From the human T2T-CHM13v2.0 reference genome, Homo sapiens: a DNA stretch of 64,000 nt. Under the pieces are notes generated by a model, which worked only from the letters and a program-made list of their open reading frames with translations, ran no database searches and was not told the origin of the DNA. The position numbers and the translations under genes are program-made. Below are positions 39,601-54,087 of the stretch, piece by piece. Position 1 is the stretch's first letter. Each line of letters opens with the position of its first letter. The stretch covers positions 21,536,001-21,600,000 of the forward strand of contig CP068257.2 in the NCBI GenBank assembly GCA_009914755.4, read 5' to 3'.

Positions 39601-40099
39601 TGAGAATAAAAGCATTGTTCTTTCAAAGTTTATATAATGTTCAAATAATTCATGTATGCTATATGAATTTATAATATTTGAGACGTATATAATATTAGGT
39701 TAAATTCAACACATTTTTATTCTGTAGGGGCATGACACTAAATTTTTGCTTATAGAATAATTTCCAGTGATGAGTAATTATTTTCTGTTCTACCAAAATT
39801 CTATCAATATTTTAAACAATCTTGCAATTAGTTTATTTTAAAGTTTATATAGCCCTCAGACATGAATTAACATGATGCTGATATCAGACATGATGCTAGA
39901 TTATTATTTATCTTTTCAATGTTTTTTACCATACTAAAAGCATAATGCATTATTTTAAATTTGCTATTTATGTTTTGTCAGAAAATAATGAATGTTTCTA
40001 AGTTTTCAGATTTGTTCACATATATTTATAGCATTCTCTTAAAATTTTAATGTGTCTGTATTGTGCGTATAACAATATTTTTTCTCCCTGATTTCCTTA

Positions 40100-41300
40100 G
40101 CTGAATTATAAGAATTTTTTAAAAACTTTTAAATAAAAACCTTCTAGATTTATCAATTCTACTAGTTTTTGCTTTACATTTTACTAATTTCTATGCCATA
40201 TTTAATACTGCAGTATTTCTAATTTGTTGTTTTCTCTTTACTAGCTTATGTTATTAATTATCACAGTCTATCTTTCAGGATTACGTTATTTCAATTAGAG
40301 TATAAGAACTTTTCAAGGTACCCTTTTGTGTTTCCATTACCAAAAATTGTGTTATTTTTGTCATAATTATTATTTTCAGTGTGTTATGAAAATTTCTCTC
40401 CATTGTTGTTATTTTCATTTCAACAGCCAATTATGCTTTAAGGAGACTGAGATAATGATTTAGAATTGTATACATATAGGTAGTATTTTCTGTGCTCTTG
40501 ATTCATTTATATGAATCCATATTTCTATACAGTATCATTTTCTTTTTGTCTGAAGGATTTCTTGTGACATTTATTGTGTGACAAGTCTTCTGGTAATGAA
40601 TTCTTTCCTCTTTTACATATCTAATACTGCCTTTGTTTCATGTTTGTTGAACAGTTTTTTGATATAGAAGTCTATACTGATAGTTTATTTTTCCATTCAG
40701 TAACTTAAAAGTTTTATTCCACCACCGTCTGTCTGACGTTATTTCTCATTAGAAATCTGCTGTGATCTAGTTCTATGTATATCAGTCTTTTTTTCTGAAT
40801 TTAAAAAATTTCTCTTTATCACTACCTTGCACAATTTCATTTTAATGTGCTTTACATTCATTTTTTAAAATATTTTCTTGCAATTGGGTTTTTTTTTGAA
40901 GCATTTGAAACTTTGTAGTTTTCACCAAATTTGGAATGTTTTCTGTTATTCTTTTTTTTTTTCCTTTTTCACCTCTCTTTTTTCTTTCTTTAGGAACTCT
41001 AATTTTATTTATTGTGGGCCACTTGAAGTTATACCAGTGACATTTTCTTTATTTGTTAAAAATTATATTTCCCATATTTTATTTTGAATAATTTCTATTG
41101 ATATTTTGAGGGTAATTATTTTTCAACTGCAATTTCTAAACTGTTGTTAATTTTATTTTCTGTATTATAGTTTTCATCTCTAAAAGTTTAATTTTTCATT
41201 TTTAATGTTTTCCAAGTTGCTAGATTTAGGCATTTGCAATACAGTTATAACAACAGTTTTAATGTTTGTTTTTATTGTCTGCTAATTCTAACATTTCTGT
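40100..41300 (-). mobile_element. Probable ancient L1 in antisense orientation (T-rich, highly diverged)
   Basis: The T-rich sequence has L1-antisense-like phrases (ctaattctaacatttctgtcatttctggataacctttgattgattgatacacc; gggccacttgaagttataccagtgacattttctttatttg). There is no A-rich sense signal. Confidence 0.3.
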
Positions 41301-41359
41301 CATTTCTGGATAACCTTTGATTGATTGATACACCTCACCATTATGGAACAGAAAATATT

Positions 41360-41495
41360 TTTCTGTTTCTTTGCGTTTTTCTGTTTTTGTTTCTTTGTAT
41401 TTTTCTCTTTGTATTTTTCTTTGTATTGTTTCTTTGTATTTTTCTCCCATAAAAATGTGTTCTTTTCTCCCATAAAAAAGTGTTCTTTGTAGGAT
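41360..41495. repeat. T-rich minisatellite (~14-bp units) plus a 24-bp duplication
   Basis: ttctgtttctttgcgtttttctgtttttgtttctttgtatttttctctttgtatttttctttgtattgtttctttgtatttttctcccataaaaatgtgttcttttctcccataaaaaagtgttctt. Confidence 0.8.
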
Positions 41496-42548
41496 AACAC
41501 TTTGCGAATTTTTCCTTGTTTATGCTAGAACATTTTTATTTCTATAAATATTCTTGAAATTGGAATATGATTAACTTTCAAACAGTTTTATTTTTGGAGG
41601 CTTTTATTTTAAGGTCTGTTCAATGAGTACTCTCTGTGCTGAAGCTAGGATTAATATTCACCACTGCCGAGGTAAGATTTTCTATGCTTTTACCCAAGAC
41701 CCAATGCCTGTTGACTTTTTCCATCTGGATGGTGATATTCTTAGCTCTGTGCGCACCTGAGCACTGTCACTTGTAATTCATTGAGTTTGTTCTTCTCTAG
41801 GCCTTAGATAGTTTCCTCAAATGCATAAGCAGGTCATTACACAGATGAATACTCAAGGATACTCTCCTCTCTGGTCTCTATTCCAGATCAAGTCATCTTG
41901 ATCACCATGGTTTCTCAGCTTCATCTCTTCAACATAGAGATTCCTAGTCTCTGCCTATCTTCCCCTTCCCTGTGCTACAGCCAAGAGTCTCTCTTACTGC
42001 AGTAAGCTGGGTAATTAGGAGGCTGATTTTGTTTGTTTCTCGTCTCTCAGAGATCACTGTCCTTTACTGCCTATTTTTCAGTGGCTTGCTACTTTTTTTT
42101 CCACTTTATTGGTTATTTCAAGTAGGAAAATGAATCCAGCTCTGCTATTCCATCCTGGTTACAAATGGAGACCTATAATTCAATATGTCATTTTTAGTTA
42201 CCTTTTACTAAAATTAAATTTATTTATATGTAGGAATCTAATCTACATTATTTTGTTTTCTGCCAAATATCTGAGCAGTATATGTTGTCTCATCATCACA
42301 TTATTGAAACAATGCAGAATGCTATAGTGACTGACACTGGAAGAAGTGATTTCTGATCAATAAACTGCCAAAATCAACACCTTCTTGAGCACTACATGAA
42401 AGCAAATATTCCAAATGTCAGCATTTTATATACATGTGCCTTTTGCTTAAGTATATACATAGATTTGTTCTTTGTGCGTCCATTCTGTAATCTCCGAGGT
42501 AAAAATTGTGACAAATTAGAATTTTCAATAAAATATTTTAATAAAATA

Positions 42549-42837
<289 letters not shown>

Positions 42838-45599
42838 TTAATAAAATAAAAATTTAAGTCCCAGAATACTAACTTTTTTCACATCTTAAAATATCTCCTA
42901 ACTACTGTCTGGTTTTATGAAAATAATTTTATTTTGCTTATGATGTTAGATGATTGAAAAGAGTCAGTTGACTAACCAGAATTTTCAGTAAAACTCTTGT
43001 AATTCCAGTCAATTTTCAGTCTCTCCTTATGATCATATTAAGGAACACATTAAAGAGAATACACTTAGAAAAACACACCAAGCTTTTTGATATCTATGGT
43101 TTATAATTTTTAATGTTATATAATATTTAGTTTTATAGTCTGTATTATTTTATTGTTTAGAAATATAATTTGTTATTATTTAAATTTTTTGATTTATATT
43201 CTAAATGAAAGATTTTATTCAGAAATATTCTTTAAACATTTTCCGTTACCAAATTGGACTGGCTATAAAATGCCATTTGTTAGAATTCAGTTAGACGGTA
43301 TAAAGAAATCAGATAACAGAAATAAACACAAATTCATTTTCAACTAAGCATTCCTAGTTCTTAGTCAACATTACACATTCAAGCAAAATACATTTAAAAT
43401 ACATTCAAGCAAAAGTATTAAAATGAGATTCCTAGGTTTTTTTAAAAAACAGAGTGTTAACTTTTCTTACTACAGTATCTTAGCATTGACATATACTCTA
43501 TGGTCAACTAATTGATGTCGTACCTTCTGTGTGTGAGTGATAAGAGAAATCTTAATAATATATTTACAAAATTGGCCACCATGACTTATTTTAGGCAAAA
43601 GAATTAGAAAAACACACAAAATTGAAATGAACATTTTCAAAGAGTCACAGACTTAATAGATTATTATTATTTTATAAATTACAAGTTATGTTTATAAATG
43701 TATTACATGTTATAGCAATAACAATACCTAGGTACTTAAAAGTATCCTTCTCCCCTTTAATTCTACTCTCCCCATTATCACCAATCAGAGATTATTACTA
43801 TTAAAATATTCAGTGTGTCTACATACAATCTTCATACAGTTGGTTAAAAATATAGAGAGACTAATATAAAGCTCTTAGATGTCAAAATATAAGGTAATAA
43901 TATCTTCTGCATAAGTTTAAAATATCTACCTCATAAAGTGGTTGAAAAAATCAAGTGAGTTAATATTTTCAAAATCTTGTCATAGCCCCAATCGCCTTTT
44001 TAAAGTTTTGCATGTTATTTCACCTATTGGGATACTTATGCATTTATTTCTATGGAGTCAGAAAAGCTGAATCACTGCATCACATTTATATGTTAATAGA
44101 CACTGTCCCAGCACCCCTGATGTGTCTGCCTGCTAAGAAAGACAGTGGGAAGTGCTTTATTTGAACTGAGTTCTCTGATTTCAATGGAGATTATGGAATC
44201 CCAAGGCAGCCCCAAGGTGGCGGGAGGTAAGAGTAAACATTAAATTGTCAGAAGCAAGATGAATGTGACTACTGTAATAGGAAACAGATCACAGCTGTAA
44301 TCAGAATGGTTTTACCCATTTATATTTTTGCATTGCCTAATTAATCATGGGAAATCTATGAAATCATTATCGAAAACAACAAAACAGTCCTAACAATACT
44401 AACTAAAAGTTGCTTGATTTGTATAGTGAAAAATTTTTAGTAATGGTGCATTACCAATAGAAAGTCACAACCCAGTTCCCAGAGTAGAAGCTTATCATAT
44501 CCCTACAAAAATCTTTTGAGTAAAGAGGAAGGTGACTACCCTTGAACAAGAACCCCACACTGTCTCCCCACCCCCAAATTGTAATATGTATCTTCCTTCC
44601 AATTTTTCCCAAAGTAGTCTTTGACCATTTACTATGTAATAGGGTAGGAAATATAACAAATTTGGTGGGAATTCACTAATAGCGAATTGACAATCATTCC
44701 TGGTGATTTAAGAATATGGGCTAATGGAATTAAAGTACTCAATGGAGCTTTGGTTCCTGGTGGTAACAGTGAGTCCAAAAACACATTGTGTGTTTATTTC
44801 CTCACGTCTAGAATGTATAGCTTCTATAGATATGCCCAACATTAGTCAGAAATTAAGCAATTAGCTCTGACTCTGGGAATTCACTAGTCTTTTTCTTATC
44901 ACCCTAAGTTGGGATGACTAATAACACAGCATCCCTTATCTAACAACAAGCCTTGAAGTCTCATATCTAGAACCATCTAGTGATTAATACAGTGTGTGAT
45001 TCCGTTAATGTCCACCAAGATGTGGTCTTTGTTCTGAATTAGTGACCAAATATTAATATGTTGCTGTTTTCCCAGGGCCTGAATTCACATGTCTGATAAT
45101 CAAAGGTAAGAAATGTAAGCAGCTAACTTTCTATTAACCATAATGATCTATCAATAATGATCTATCCATTTTTTTCTTCCCTTCATACAGCGCTTGCTGA
45201 TTTTAGAGACCTTAGCTGAAAATACCACATGGTCCCTTTGAACTGAACAGGAAACAAGTACAAAGAAGAAGGTTACTAGTTGAGCTAATTAATTCTGACC
45301 CCAAATAAGGGAAGGAAGAGATTTTGTAGTACATCTCTTTGTACTTCTGTTTACTTTGATATGATTTTATAGAAAATCAATCACATCAAATGATACAGAA
45401 TGAGCTATCAATTTCTCAGACATTTCTAGAAAGAAGTTTTGGGTCACCCCCAAAGGAAGCCACCATAATCAACAGAATTGCTTGGTAGAAAATGAAATTT
45501 ATAAATACTGGTTAAAACTATATGACCTCATACCAAAATGATGGCCATAGGAGTTATAGTCATTTTTTTCTCACTTTGATATTAATTTATATTAATGTT

Positions 45600-45617
45600 A
45601 TATATATATATATATAG
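45600..45617. repeat. (TA)9 microsatellite
   Basis: tatatatatatatatata. Confidence 0.9.
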
Positions 45618-46189
45618 TATTTCCTTTCCTGTTTTTTTCCAATTCTCTTACTATATAAGGGAATATGAACAGCTGTCAGTAGGTTATCTTGAATTTCAGT
45701 ATTTAATTTATAGGCACACAAGACAGAATGTGACTCCAAATAAGTATGAACACCTTTTAAAGATGGATAAAGTGTTGGTCAAATCTTTAATAATTCGTCC
45801 AAATTTAAAATGGGAAAAAAAGGCATTTGTATTATTTTCCAATTTCCATTGTGTCAATACTCTAATTTCAGTTTGTTAATGTGATGTCACTGCATGAAAA
45901 TTTGGTATAAGATGCACAATATTAGCTCCTATGAATCAATGTAATACAGCTCCAACACAACACTGTAAAGATGACCAAGCTAATATCATCTCTTCCACAC
46001 GTTCTTTTTATGATGTGACTGATATTCCTCCCCCTGAGGATTGGGCTCTTTCTTTTTCTTTTTTTTTCTGTGAGTTCATGACCCCCAAAAATTAATCTTA
46101 TGTAATATGCTATGCTGGGTCACAAAAGACAATTCAGCTCCTTTCTGGATCTCTTTGTTTTCTCACGGATCAACTGCAGCAACCACTTT

Positions 46190-46340
46190 TGTGAGAGACC
46201 CTAGGCAGCCATATGGGGAGGCTACATGTATATATTTTCACTGGTAGCCCCAGCTGAGTTCCCAGCTCAACCAACAGTCATGTGAGAGAATGAACCTTCA
46301 CAGGAGTCCAGCCCTTAGTCATGGGGTTCACTTTGGCCTT
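46190..46340. mobile_element. Possible ancient LTR (MaLR/MLT-like) fragment
   Basis: gtgagagaccctaggcagccatatggggaggc...cagccccagctgagttcccagctcaaccaacagtcatgtgagagaatgaaccttcacaggagtccagcc is reminiscent of the ...ccagctgagccc...cagccacatgagtgagccc... blocks of MLT-type LTRs. Confidence 0.25.
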
Positions 46341-48494
46341 TGAGTGAATAGGCTACAATCACTCTCTCTACAACTAAAAATTGTATTTTGAAGGAACATT
46401 TACATACACTTAAATCATATCAAATCCAAACACATTATACCTAATTCCAACATTTGTACAGGAATAAATTATATATTCCAGAAATGTTTGACTACTATGA
46501 GATATGGAGCACCCATGGAGCCCATACTTGGCCATTCTTAAAATGTCTATATTGGAGTGTGGTGGAACTCTTTAAACAGCTTTTTACAACTGCTCCTGCC
46601 CTTTCCAGTGTTGAGTTTTTCAGCTCCAAATAGGCACCATTTGTGCTTTTGCCCCAACAATATTCCCTTATATGAATGACCATTAGAGAAAGAGTTGATA
46701 TCTGTGACAAGTATGACTTGACAGCAGGGTTAGTATAGTAAAATAAAATTGAGAAGTGTTGCCAATAAAAATAATGACAGAAGAGTCAAACAAGGAATTC
46801 TTACGTAAGCAGCTACCTGGGTTTCTCAAATACTGGGACTGGATATGATTTCAGAGTGAAAATAACTGGTACTGACAGAAAATATCCCATGGATATTTTG
46901 TTTTTCTATTTATTTTTTCTTGCAAAAAAAAAAGGCATTGATAGCCTCTTATAGTGGACTATCTTTTCAAAGATGTATAGCAAAGTGCCTGGAAAGATAG
47001 AAATAATGTCTCCCTCCAAAAGAAAAAAAAAATGACGTTTGCTTACTTTCTATTATAAAGTATTTAGTTTCCGTAAGTTCATTGGAACCCACTCTGTGTG
47101 TAGTCATAAACGTAGGCCCATTCACATTACCCTTGTGGAAGCTGGGACAAAGAGAATTGATATAATTATTCTGGTTCTCATGTGCCTGACTTACTGTGAA
47201 CAGCGCAGTCCTTTTCTCCAATCCACGAGCTTTGCGTCTTCTGCTATCTTCTATGAAGCTGTGGCAACTTATGTTGACTTGGAGATACAAATCTCAGAAC
47301 CTTCACCATTCTTGACAATTAGTGGTCCAGGATGAGTTGAAAACCTGGCAAATGTGATACTTTTACATGCTGCTATTAGAATGGTCTAATACTGAAGTTT
47401 TTAAAAAAAAATCCTTAGAAATTTACATTGCAGGAATTTATTGAACTGTATTTTAAAATATTGAGAGGGCACACTTTTCAGATTTCTATCTTCTCTGAAT
47501 TTTATAATCTTTGAAAATGTCTACTAAAACCTCATTAAATGCATGTTTATCTAAATAGTACTGAATTTAAAATTTTAAAATATAACCCTCCAGACTAATA
47601 ATTCATTGTCTAGGCAAACACGAGTATTAGCTATCATTCTAATTTGGTTTTCATCAATATTATTTTTGTTTCTTTGGGGTTTTAATTATGTTTCCAATCC
47701 ATTCCATCTTATTTAAAATTTACTTTACATCAATGTTTGTATACCATTTAAAATTGCACATTTTAAAACATCTGTTTCAATTAGGCTGTCTCTTATTACC
47801 ATATTTGCTGCAGCTGTTTCTATCATTGACTGACTGATACTAGAAGTTTATTTGGCTTAATTTTCCAATTTTTTTTTGTATTTTAGGATGAAATGCATTT
47901 TTAAACATTTAGATTAGGGCAAACATTTTCCCATTATTTTCTTTGTATCTTTGTTAGTTTATTCTTTGCTTGAAAGGAAGTAAGTAGTGTTGAGACAAGT
48001 TTATAAGGAAACACTAATTATGAGTGGAGACATATGGAAAGGGTTTTTACATGCTCAGTTGAAGGCAGAGGACTCGGCTGTGTCTTCCAGCACTGGACAA
48101 TGTCACTACTGTCAGGAATCTGAAAGCAGAGTACTTCACGCGCGAAGCCGAAAAATGGAAGCTATGTTCTTCCTCATTAGACAATACTCACTGCCCCATG
48201 CCTCCCCCACATCTTTTCTAAAAGTTTTATTTTCTATATGCTTGTTTAGAAATACTTCAGAAAGACCTAGACACAGACGTTGTCATATAAGCTACAGATT
48301 TTTTTACTTTGGATAATTGTGTCACTTTAGACCTAAAGGAGAAGCAAATGAATCAATGTGTTATTCACAGACTTCTAAATATTCTGGTAGTTCGTTACAT
48401 TACTCACATCTTTCCAAACCATAAAAAGGATTTTGGGATTTTTAGCCCTTTGTTGCTTGTATCTATTGAATATATTATGACATGATTTATTTCT

Positions 48495-48533
48495 TTCTAT
48501 CTATCCATCTATCTATCTATCATCTATCTACCT
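48495..48533. repeat. Imperfect (TATC)n microsatellite
   Basis: ttctatctatccatctatctatctatcatctatctacc. Confidence 0.85.
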
Positions 48534-51500
48534 AGTATCTTGTTATTGAACCATTACTTAGGCCACATAAAATAAAAACATTTGGAATAAGTGAGACATT
48601 TAGTAGTTTTTTCATATTTGTAACTTTCTACTAGAAACATCCACAATAAGAAAATGTGTGTGGCACTTAAATGATGTTGCTTAATAGGCTAGAGAACTTT
48701 AAATCAATTTTACATCTAATATAGTTAAGCTCTTCACATGAATACTAAGTGAATTCTTATGCTCTCCACTTTGTGAAGGAAAAAGGCTGAAATTCAGAAA
48801 ATTTTACATGATCTATATTCCCAAAGTCACATACATACTAAATGATGGAAGCCAAACAGGAACCTTGGTCTTTAGACTTAAAACATAGCTTCCTTTCCTT
48901 TCATGTGCAAGTAATGAATATATCACATGTCTATTTTTGTGTAATTCACTTTATGTTTCTAATTGTAGCTTGATCAATATGTATTTTTAGTTGGTATAAG
49001 CATACAATGTCATAGAACAAATAAGCCCCAATCTTGAATAGCAGAATAGGGTGACTATAGTAGTAACATTGTATAATTTATTTCCAAGTAGTTAGAAGAG
49101 AGGGCTTGAAATGTTACCAACACATGGTCATGGTTACCCCAAATGACCTGACTTGATCATTACATATTCTATGCTTATAACAAATACCACGTGTAACCCG
49201 TAAATATGTAAAATATTTTGCATCAGTAAAAAAACTGTATTTGTCAATAGGCAAATAATTTTTACTCTCTAGTGTTCATTCTTTTATTCAGATACAAAAA
49301 AATTTGGATCAATGATTCTCTAGATTTCTTCCAATTTTAAGCTCCTAGTTGATACATTATTTTGTAGAACCAAATTTTCTTATGCAAAGACTCAGAATTT
49401 ACAGTTATATTAAGTAGATTATTGACACGTACTGATATGCATGTGAATATTAATATATCATTTTAAATATAACATATACCCTGTACATGTGTGTTATTTC
49501 TAATACCATTGCAGAAAATAAATTTTAGTCTTTCTACAGCAGTCTAAATTAGTCAAATTATTTTTTATTTGTTATATAAATGACCTCTTCACTCCATTTT
49601 CTTTTACTCAAACAATACTAACTTCAGGAAGAGTGAAATATTTAACTATAATTTAAGAAATTTCCAAATATAGTGGTAAATATTTCCTTATGTGGTCATT
49701 TTAAATTGATCTAGGAAGTTTTAACCCTTTTAATAATGGATATTTTATGACCTACTATAAAATTGTTCTGTCTAGTTACCGGATAGATTTTGCTAGAGAA
49801 TATTTTGGATAGAGCAACTGACTCTTGACGGTAAACATTTTGTTTGCTATTGCCTTTTTCTCTCATGCTTAAAAATTGTCAGACTTTTCTTGGCCATGAT
49901 AATAATGTTGTTAATAAAGTAAAAACCTAAGTAAAGTGTTTTAATAGATGAATTATAAATGATAGGGATGAGTATATAAAAGACTCTCTGGATTCTTTTG
50001 ATTTGGTCAATTAACAAAAATAAGGACATTTATGTTCGATATGTGCACCCTTTTATCTATCTTAATAGGAGTCTTTTTAGATATGTGGCAATTCTTTCCA
50101 TTTAGGTAGTTTATAATTGCCATAAAAACATTTTTGAGGTTTACATTTATGAAATATAAAATAAAAAAATCTTCTTATTCAAGTAAGAAAGGAAATAAAG
50201 GAAATTAATCATAGTAAGATATGGAAAAGATACTTGAAAAAGTTTATATGAATAGCTACACTAATTGCTGGGGCCATTCCTTGCTCACATAGCTATTTAT
50301 CAAAGACAGAATGATAAATATAAGCTATGGTTTATAACATTCTTTTGAAAATATTAAAATAAATAATTCATATTGTGCACAGATGTCTAAATGCAAGAGT
50401 ACTGCATTGTGTATTCAGAGATTTTTTTTCTTTATGAATTGGGTAGGATTTTACTGAACTAAGTATGCACAATACATTTTGATGAATTATTGATATGATT
50501 AAGTTTTAGGAGACTTTTAAACTATGAAAATCCTGCTAAACCATCAGAATAAATTTGAGTTAAGGAGTTTTAGTGTAACTTTTAAATGTGTAATTCACAA
50601 AACTATGGAATTTACACTCATGAGCTTATCATTCTATGGAAGGAAAAACGAGTGCTAGTAAACATCCGAACATCTTATCTTCTCTTTATTGTATGAACTC
50701 TGCACTTCTAAATTTGTTGATTCTATCAGCATGAAGTCTATTAAGCCGTTTTAATCTATTCTATACCTGATACTGCGAGTGGCACGCATCTAAGTGTACT
50801 TGAACCAGAATATTTGCATAGAAAAAAAAACTACTGCCCTTTTGCTTCTGGTTGATTTTTATCTTATTTTAACCAACAAAATATCGTAGTTTGTTGCTCA
50901 GATAGTCTGTAATAAGATGAACATTAGCAAGACTATGTTTCTAGAATTGATGATAATTGTTCCTAGATATGATGAAAAAAACACATTGAGAAAAATAACA
51001 TCAAATATTCAGAGAAGTCCCCACTATTTCCAAATTTGTTCTTGGACAAATTACTTGCAATATTACCTCTTTGCAAGTAGAGGTAGATAATTTCCTTAAT
51101 CTATGTCATAGAAATTCTTATCTTCACTCTCAGTAAATGGTATGGTTACAAATCAAGTAATAAATAGGGGCAATATTTTTTTATTTTTCTTCCATTTATT
51201 AGAGAAAGGACCAGAATTTTTTTCTGTAAATGGTCAGAGAGCAAATAATTTCAGCTATCTGAGCCATACAGTCTCTATAGAAACTACTCAACTCTTAATC
51301 TTGTAGCACCAAGGCAGTCTTAGGCAATGCCTAAAATGAGTGAGTGTGGCTGAATTCCAATAAAACTTTATTTACATGAACAAGTGAGTGGTCATATTTG
51401 TCCCAGACAGTTGTTTGCTAAGCTAAGTCAAATATAAAATAAAATCTTCAAACACGCCTAAAGCATGAATACGCCAGGGATATGCAATCCCTGCAGACTG

Positions 51501-51584
51501 CTCTGGATGATGCACTTTTAAGTAAACCATTTTAGTAAAAACTACTTGGAGAAATGCTGGAGTTGTCACATGTTTGGACATAGT

Positions 51585-53220
51585 GAACAGGAAGGCAAAA
51601 GACTCAGAATAACCAAAGCAATCCTAAGCAAAAATAACAAAACTGGAGGAATCAGATTACCTGGTGTCAGATTATACTACAAAGCTATAGTAATTAAAAC
51701 AGCATTGTATTGGCATTAAAACAGATACATAGACCAATGGAACAGAATACACCAGGAAACAAGTTCACACGCCTACAGTGAACTCATTTTTGAAAATGGT
51801 GCCCAGAACATATACTGGGGAAAAGACAGCCTCTTAAATAAATGGTGCTGGAAAAACCAGATATCCATATGCAGAAGAATGCAACTAGAACCTTATTTAT
51901 CACCACTTATAAAAATCAAATCAAAACAGATAAAGACATATCTAAGACCTTAAACTATGAAACTATACAAGAAAACATTGGGAAAATTCTCCAGGACATT
52001 CGTTCGGGCAAAAATCTCTTAATACCCCACAAGCAGAGGCAACCAAAGCACAAAGGGATACGTGGGATCACATCAAGTTTAAAAGCTTCTGCACAGTAAA
52101 GGATACAATCAACAAAGTAAAAAGACAACCCACAGAATGGGAGAAAATGTTTTCAAACTACCCATCTGATGAGGGATTTATAACCAGAATATATAAGGAG
52201 CTCAAACAACTCTATGGGAAAAAAACTACTAATCTGATCAAAAAATGGGCAAATTATTTGAATAGGCATTTCAAAGGAAGACATACAAGTGGTAAACAGG
52301 TATATGAAAAGGTGCTCAACATCAGCGATCATCAGAGAAATGCAAATCTAAACTAGAATGAGATACAATCTCACCCTAGTTAAAACTGCTTATATTCAAA
52401 AGTCAGGCAATAACAAATGTTAGTGAGGTACAAGGGTACCCTTGTACACTGTTGGTGGGGATGTAAATTACTAACAACCACTATGGAGAATAGTTTGGAG
52501 GTTCCTCACAAAACTAAAAATTGAGCTACCATATAATCCAGCAATACCACTGCTGGATATATACCCCAAAGAAAGGAAATTGGTATGTGAAAGAGATTAT
52601 CTGCATTCCTATGTTTGTTTCAGCACTGTTTACAATAGCTAAGATTTGAAAGCAACCTAAGTGTCTACCAAAAGATAAATGGATAAAGGAAATGTGATAA
52701 CTATACACAATGAAGTACAATTCAGTCATTAAAAAGAATGAGATTCAGTCATTTCCAACAACGTGGATGGTACTAGAGATCATTATGTTAAGTGAAATAA
52801 GCCAGACACAGAAAGACAAATAACACATGTTCTCATTTATGTGTGAGATCTAAAAATCAAAACAATTGAACTCAGGGACATAGAAAGTAGAAGAGTGGTT
52901 ACCAGGGGCTGGCAATGCTTTTGGGGCTGGGGATGTGGGGTTGAGATGGTTAATTGCTGCAAAATCAAATCCTTAGAAAGAATGAATAAGACCTACTCTT
53001 TGGTAGCACAAAATGACTATAGTCAATAATAACTAAATTGTACATTTAAAAATAAAGAGTGTAATTGGATTGCTTGCATGTCAAAGGATTAATGCTTGAG
53101 GGGATGGATACCCCATTCTCCATGATGTGCTTATTTCACATTGCATGCCTGTATCAAAACATCCCATGTACCCTGTAATATATATACTTTGTAGCCAAAC
53201 ATTTATTAAAAAATAAATAA
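51585..53220 (+). mobile_element. L1 (L1PB/L1MA-like) ORF2 C-terminal part and 3' end
   Basis: caaaagactcagaataaccaaagcaatcctaagcaaaaataacaaaactggaggaatcagattacctggtgtcagattatactacaaagctatagtaattaaaacagcattgtattggcattaaaacagatacatagaccaatggaacagaatac...aatggtgctggaaaaaccagatatccatatgcagaagaatgcaactagaacc...cacagaatgggagaaaatgttttcaaactacccatctgatgagggatttataaccagaatatataaggagctcaaacaactctatgggaaaaaaac...aatcaaaacaattgaactcagggacatagaaagtagaagagtggttaccaggggctggcaatg...gaggggatggataccccattctccatgatgtgcttatttcacattgcatgcctgtatcaaaacatcccatgtaccctgtaatatatatactttgtagccaaacatttattaaaaaataaataa. Confidence 0.9.
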
Positions 53221-53837
53221 TAGAAACTAGGAGTAATATTCTGTCAACATGCAATAATTTTAGTCTTCTAAATTTACAATACAACTGTGTCTGTGATACT
53301 AAATGTCTCATTGATTTCATTGAACTAATGCAAAACTCACAAAATCATATTATGCAAAATAATACAAATGTAGCATGAGGTTATAAGTTTATGTATTCAT
53401 CATTATTATTTTACACTTTAAATGAGGCATTTAATGCTATTGTTTCAAAATGAGAGCAAAAGTATGGTTCTAGTTGAGAAAATCAAATTGGATACCATAA
53501 GGATGCATTTGTTGAGAAGCTGTATCTTTCTGTATTCAGTGCCTTGGATAGTACTCACCATAGAATTATTAACATATGGGTTCTTTTTACGAAAAATTGG
53601 AAAGAGTAAGATGAACTAGGTAGCTATCAGAAATAATTTGATAAATGACAGGATAACAGCTACTTAGTAAAGTATTTGGCAATACCCTTTCCACTTCTGC
53701 AATCTAAAGTCATTTTTCATTTGTCATATTGTAGTATTTGGAAAATATCATGACAGCATATGATATTTGGTACATTATATGATATTTGATATATGAAAGT
53801 CAGCTGAAATATATATGTCAAAAATGTAAGGACAAAA

Positions 53838-54087
53838 AACCAAACTCCGCATGTTCTCACTCATAGGTGGGAATTGAACAATGAGAACACATGGACACAG
53901 GAAGGGGAACACCACACACCGGGGCCTGTTGTGGGGTGGGGCGAGGGGGGAGGGATAGCATTAGGAGATATACCTAATGTAAATGACGAGTTAATGGGTG
54001 CAGCACACCAACATGGCACATGTATACATATGTAACAAACCTGCACGTTGTGCACATGTACTCTAAAACTTCAAGTATGATAAAAAA
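53838..54087 (+). mobile_element. Severely 5'-truncated young L1PA 3'UTR insertion (~250 bp) with a probable ~12-bp TSD
   Basis: ccaaactccgcatgttctcactcataggtgggaattgaacaatgagaacacatggacacaggaaggggaacaccacacaccggggcctgttgtggggtggggcgaggggggagggatagcattaggagatatacctaatgtaaatgacgagttaatgggtgcagcacaccaacatggcacatgtatacatatgtaacaaacctgcacgttgtgcacatgtactctaaaacttcaagtatgataaaaaaa. The flanks are aaggacaaaaaa (53828-53839) and aaagacaaaaaa (54093-54105). Confidence 0.85.

Noticed and set aside
41259-41500. K/E-rich ORFs (…KYKETIQRKIQREKYKETKTEKRKETEKY…, …KKQYKEKYKEKNTKKQKQKNAKKQKN…) as a possible charged or coiled-coil protein
   Set aside because: They are the reverse-strand translation of a T-rich ~14-bp minisatellite (tttctttgtattttt)n. 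The periodic amino-acid pattern is a repeat artefact.
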